Source: Polaribacter sp. (GTDB lineage Bacteria; Bacteroidota; Bacteroidia; Flavobacteriales; Flavobacteriaceae). Taken from it: 51,882 nucleotides of DNA. Positions 48,164 through 51,882 of this stretch are shown piece by piece (the first letter of the stretch is position 1; each line of letters begins with the position of its first letter). The notes under the pieces were generated by a model. The model had not been told where the DNA came from and made no database searches. It saw only the letters and a program-made list of their open reading frames with translations. The DNA is taken from NCBI GenBank assembly GCA_042094215.1, contig JBELDQ010000001.1:1-51882 (forward strand), given 5' to 3'. Both the position numbers and the translations under genes were made by a program.

Positions 48164-50383
48164 CTAGTAATCCTCAATTAAATTAAAATCTAGATGCTTG
48201 CGCTCTAAATCTGTGTTCTTTACACTCACGTTTACAATATCTCCTAATTGATACATCTGTTTTGTAGACTGCCCTACAATGGCATATTGTTTTTCATCAA
48301 AAATAAAATAATCACTTTTAATATCTCTAATACGCACCATACCTTCACATTTATTTTCAGAGATTTCTACATAAATACCCCATTCGGTAACACCAGAAAT
48401 AACACCTTCAAATTCTTTATCCTGATGATCTTGCATATATTTAATCTGCATATATTTAATGGAAGAACGTTCTGCTTTCGAGGCCAATTCTTCCATTCTT
48501 GATGCATGTTTACATTTTTCTTCATATGCGTCTGCTTTTGGCGTTTTTCCGCCATCTAAATACTGTTGTAATAACCTATGCGTCATTACATCGGGATATC
48601 GCCTAATAGGGGATGTAAAATGGCTGTAATAGTCAAAAGCCAATCCATAGTGACCAATATTCTGTGTGGTATATTCTGCTTTACTCATTGATCGAATTGC
48701 CAAGGTCTCTACCATGTTCGATTCTGCTTTACCGTGCACATCTGCTAACAGCTTATTCAAAGACTGTGAAGTTGATGCTTTTGTTTCCGTATCTATGGAA
48801 TACCCAAATTTTTTAATAATACCTTGTAATACAGCCAATTTATCAATATTTGGTTCATCGTGTATTCTATAAATAAAGGTTTTATTACTTGGCTTTCCTT
48901 TTTCTTTGCCAATGAACTCCGCTACTTTTCGGTTGGCCAATAGCATGAATTCCTCAATAAGCTTATTCGCATCTTTTGATTCTTTAAAAAAGACTCCTAA
49001 AGGATTTGCATCTTCATCTAAATTGAACTTTACCTCTACTCTATCAAAAGAAATTGCTCCTGCTTTCATGCGTCGTTTGCGCATTTTTTTTGCCAATTCA
49101 TCCAACGTTAAAGTGGCTGCTACAATTTCTTTAGAAACCGTATATTCCTTATCTATAATTGAGATATTTTTAGGCATTGTATATGTACCTGGTTCTGCTA
49201 AAGTACAATTTTCTATGATGGCCTGTGCTTCTTCATAAGCAAAACGTTGATCAGAATATGTAACTGTTCTTCCAAACCATTGGTTTACAACCTTTGCTTT
49301 TTCATCTATTTCAAAAACTGCAGAAAAGGTTAATTTTTCTTCATGGGGTCTCAAAGAGCAAACACCATTTGATAACATTTCGGGAAGCATAGGTACTACT
49401 CTATCCACCAAATATACCGACGTTGCTCTGTCAAAAGCCTCATCATCTAACAAGGTTTTTTCCTCTAAATAATGAGAAACATCTGCAATATGAATACCAA
49501 TTTCATAATGCCCATTTTCTAATACTTTAAAAGACAGTGCATCATCAAAATCTTTCGCATCTTTTGGATCTATTGTAAAGGTCAAATCAGCACGCATATC
49601 TCTACGCTTTGCTATTTCTTGTTCTGTAATTTCTAATGGCAATTCTGCTGCTGCCTCCTCTACCTCTGCAGGAAATTCATAGGGCAACCCGTATTCTAAT
49701 AAAATAGAATGAATTTCTGTATTATGATCTCCAGGCTTTCCTAATACTTTGGTTATTTTACCGAAGGGATTCTTTGAGTTTTCTGGCCAATCTGTGATGG
49801 TAGCCACTACTTTATCTCCATCTTCTGCTCCATGTATTTTATTGGCTGCAATAAAAATATCAGCATACATTTTATGCGCATCTGGTATTACAAAACCAAA
49901 ATTTTTATTCAATTGTAAAACCCCTACAAACTCAGTTTTTGCACGTTCAATTACTTCAACAACATCTGCCTCTAATTTTTTACTACCTCTTTTACTGTAG
50001 GTATATACCTTTACAGTATCTTGATGCAATCCTTTATTTAAATTGATTGACGGGATGAAAATATCTTCATCAAATTCTTCAGAAATAAAGTAAGCATTTC
50101 CATTAGAAGTAACATCTAAAGTTCCAATACTATATTTTCTTTCTACATTTATTTGGAATTTACCTCTATCCGTTTCTTTTATTTTTTTAGTAGCTACTAA
50201 TATTGCTAACTTCTTTAATACTTGTGTCTTTCCGTCAGTATCTTTAATCCCTATTTTAGATGCAATTTGTTTGTAGTTAAATGACTTCGTAGCATCTTCA
50301 TTTAATACTTTAAATATGTTTCTAGTCAAATCCTTTATGATTCTTCCTTTCTTTTTATAAATTTTCTTTTTTTTCTTTGACAT
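48164..50383 (-). CDS. rnr: Ribonuclease R
   Basis: TIDPKDAKDFDDALS, HIADVSHY, IEEFMLLAN, YSHFTSPIRRYPD, C-terminal S1 domain. Confidence 0.97.
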   Translation of the reverse strand: MSKKKKKIYKKKGRIIKDLTRNIFKVLNEDATKSFNYKQIASKIGIKDTDGKTQVLKKLAILVATKKIKETDRGKFQINVERKYSIGTLDVTSNGNAYFISEEFDEDIFIPSINLNKGLHQDTVKVYTYSKRGSKKLEADVVEVIERAKTEFVGVLQLNKNFGFVIPDAHKMYADIFIAANKIHGAEDGDKVVATITDWPENSKNPFGKITKVLGKPGDHNTEIHSILLEYGLPYEFPAEVEEAAAELPLEITEQEIAKRRDMRADLTFTIDPKDAKDFDDALSFKVLENGHYEIGIHIADVSHYLEEKTLLDDEAFDRATSVYLVDRVVPMLPEMLSNGVCSLRPHEEKLTFSAVFEIDEKAKVVNQWFGRTVTYSDQRFAYEEAQAIIENCTLAEPGTYTMPKNISIIDKEYTVSKEIVAATLTLDELAKKMRKRRMKAGAISFDRVEVKFNLDEDANPLGVFFKESKDANKLIEEFMLLANRKVAEFIGKEKGKPSNKTFIYRIHDEPNIDKLAVLQGIIKKFGYSIDTETKASTSQSLNKLLADVHGKAESNMVETLAIRSMSKAEYTTQNIGHYGLAFDYYSHFTSPIRRYPDVMTHRLLQQYLDGGKTPKADAYEEKCKHASRMEELASKAERSSIKYMQIKYMQDHQDKEFEGVISGVTEWGIYVEISENKCEGMVRIRDIKSDYFIFDEKQYAIVGQSTKQMYQLGDIVNVSVKNTDLERKHLDFNLIEDY

Positions 50384-50493
50384 CTGTCATACTATTTTAA
50401 TGAAACCAAAATACAACTATTTCTAGTTAAAATAAATGAAATCATTGTTATCAATTCATTTTTGTATTTTGCTTGTTATTTTATTTACTATTT

Positions 50494-51414
50494 ATGAATA
50501 CTACATGGTTTTTAATACTAAATCCAACCTCTGGAAACGGAAAATCAAAAAAAAATTGGGAACACATTTCAACCTTATTAACAACACATGAAATTCAATT
50601 TTCTTATGCTTTTACAGCATACTCCAAGCACGAATGTGAACTCGTACAACAAGCTATTAAAAATGGATTTACTAAAATAATTTCTGTTGGTGGAGATGGT
50701 ACGTTACATCATATAGTAAACGGAATAATGTCTCAAAATAACGTTAAAACTAGTACTATACAACTCGCAGTAATACCTATTGGTACTGGAAATGATTGGG
50801 TAAAAACCTATAATATTCCGACAAATATAGAAAAATCTATTTTAACAATTAAAAGAGGAAACATCCTCCTGCAAGACATTGGTTGTTTACAAACTGAAAA
50901 TAACACGAATATCTTCTTTCATAACGTAGCTGGTATTGGCTATGATGGTTATGTTGTTAAACATTTAAATACTTTAAAAAAGTTTGGAAAAATTGCATAT
51001 CTCTTAAGCGGTCTCTATAGTTTATTATCTTATAAAAAATCTACTTTACAACTTGAATTCAACAATCAAATACACACCGAAAAGTGTTTGATGACCATTT
51101 TTGGAATCTGTAAATTCTCTGGTGGAGGTATGCAATTCACAAAGGACGTAGACCCCACAGACGGCTTGTTAGACATTACCATTGCTAAAAATTTAACATT
51201 ACTAGATCTCCTCATAAATCTGCCAAAACTATATACTGGTGCTATTGTAAATCATAAGAAAGTGACAACACATAAAACCAACACAATCAAAATCAAACCG
51301 ACTTGTAAAAGAGAAACCAACTTTATTCAGGCTGATGGAGAACTTATAGATTCCGGATCTGTAAAAGTTACTATTGTTAAAAGTGCACTTCAATTTGTAA
51401 TTCCTAAAAGTTAA
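50494..51414 (+). CDS. Diacylglycerol/lipid kinase family protein (YegS/BmrU-like)
   Basis: LNPTSG, VGGDGT, IPIGTGND, GGGM, DGLLD, QADGE; ATG 50494 preferred over TTG 50473. Confidence 0.93.
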   Translation: MNTTWFLILNPTSGNGKSKKNWEHISTLLTTHEIQFSYAFTAYSKHECELVQQAIKNGFTKIISVGGDGTLHHIVNGIMSQNNVKTSTIQLAVIPIGTGNDWVKTYNIPTNIEKSILTIKRGNILLQDIGCLQTENNTNIFFHNVAGIGYDGYVVKHLNTLKKFGKIAYLLSGLYSLLSYKKSTLQLEFNNQIHTEKCLMTIFGICKFSGGGMQFTKDVDPTDGLLDITIAKNLTLLDLLINLPKLYTGAIVNHKKVTTHKTNTIKIKPTCKRETNFIQADGELIDSGSVKVTIVKSALQFVIPKS

Positions 51415-51431
51415 AAAAAACCTAAATAATT

Positions 51432-51459
51432 TGTAACGTTTTCATAAATACTTCGTCTT
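51432..51459 (+). promoter_or_regulatory. Putative ECF promoter TGTAAC-N16-CGTCTT
   Basis: Same hexamers as 45799-45825; ends 25 nt before ATG 51485. Confidence 0.6.
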
Positions 51460-51484
51460 TATAGTAGTATGAACTTCTACAGCT

Positions 51485-51649
51485 ATGGAACATTTACAAA
51501 AAATAATACTTTTATTTATAATGATCTTTATCACCGGTATCTCTATTGCTGTTAAAAAGATCAATGCCCCTCTCAACACCCCTCAAGAGTCTATAGAAAT
51601 CCGAAAAGATTCTTTAAAATTAAACAACCTAAAAAACACTACTGTTTAA
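51485..51649 (+). CDS. 54-aa single-TM / signal-anchor small protein
   Basis: Not in the ORF track. Hand translation: MEHLQKIILLFIMIFITGISIAVKKINAPLNTPQESIEIRKDSLKLNNLKNTTV. Confidence 0.6.
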   Translation: MEHLQKIILLFIMIFITGISIAVKKINAPLNTPQESIEIRKDSLKLNNLKNTTV

Positions 51650-51882
51650 AACAGTTCAATTACTTTTTAAAAATTCTTTTTTTAAGGTTATAAACACTTT
51701 ATATTATTAATATAAAAAGCTTTTAAAAAATTTAAGAAAAAATAATATGTATGATATAGTGTTGATAGCTAGCATAATTTTTTGAATATTAATTTTGAGT
51801 TTTCACTTATTAAAAGCTATGAACAATTTATAAGTTGTTTAAAAGCTTAAAAATCAATTCAATTCTTTACTTATTAACAAAT

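Noticed and set aside
562-50000. Many 60-126-aa ORFs lying antisense or out of frame inside longer genes (e.g. 1433-1813, 5848-6228, 38030-38356, 48906-49238)
   Set aside because: Shadow ORFs of well-supported genes, with no recognisable motifs or promoters.
1-51882. tRNA/rRNA genes, CRISPR arrays, transposases, integrases, phage or known defence genes
   Set aside because: None recognisable by eye; the intergenic gaps lack cloverleafs or spaced direct repeats. A tRNAscan/Infernal run would confirm.

Overview
AT-rich chromosomal window from a Flavobacteriaceae-like Bacteroidota genome (inferred from PorZ, DUF6909, DUF4175, TAnnTTTG promoters). It is mostly core genes (purD, rnpA, recO, porZ, trpS, pgk, holB, mnmG, ybeY, gltX, tatA, rnr) plus a Wzx/Wzy-type surface glycan cluster (1.9-11.2 kb). 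Items not explained by the ORF track: (1) an unlisted 58-aa Cys-rich ORF (16347-16523, minus) with a FhuF-type CC-x9-CxxCP motif behind its own promoter and a Fur-box-like palindrome; (2) an ECF sigma/FecR/TonB-dependent transducer module whose probable promoter, GTAGGGTA-N13-CTGTT, precedes both fecR and a divergent lipoprotein built of eight alternating ~36-aa repeats; (3) a second ECF-type promoter, TGTAAC-N15/16-CGTCTT, shared by an SPFH-YbjQ operon and an unlisted 54-aa membrane ORF; (4) two parS sites bracketing mnmG and a possible oriC edge at the window end. No rRNA, tRNA, CRISPR array or transposase was seen. All family calls come from reading motifs by eye; no database search was run.
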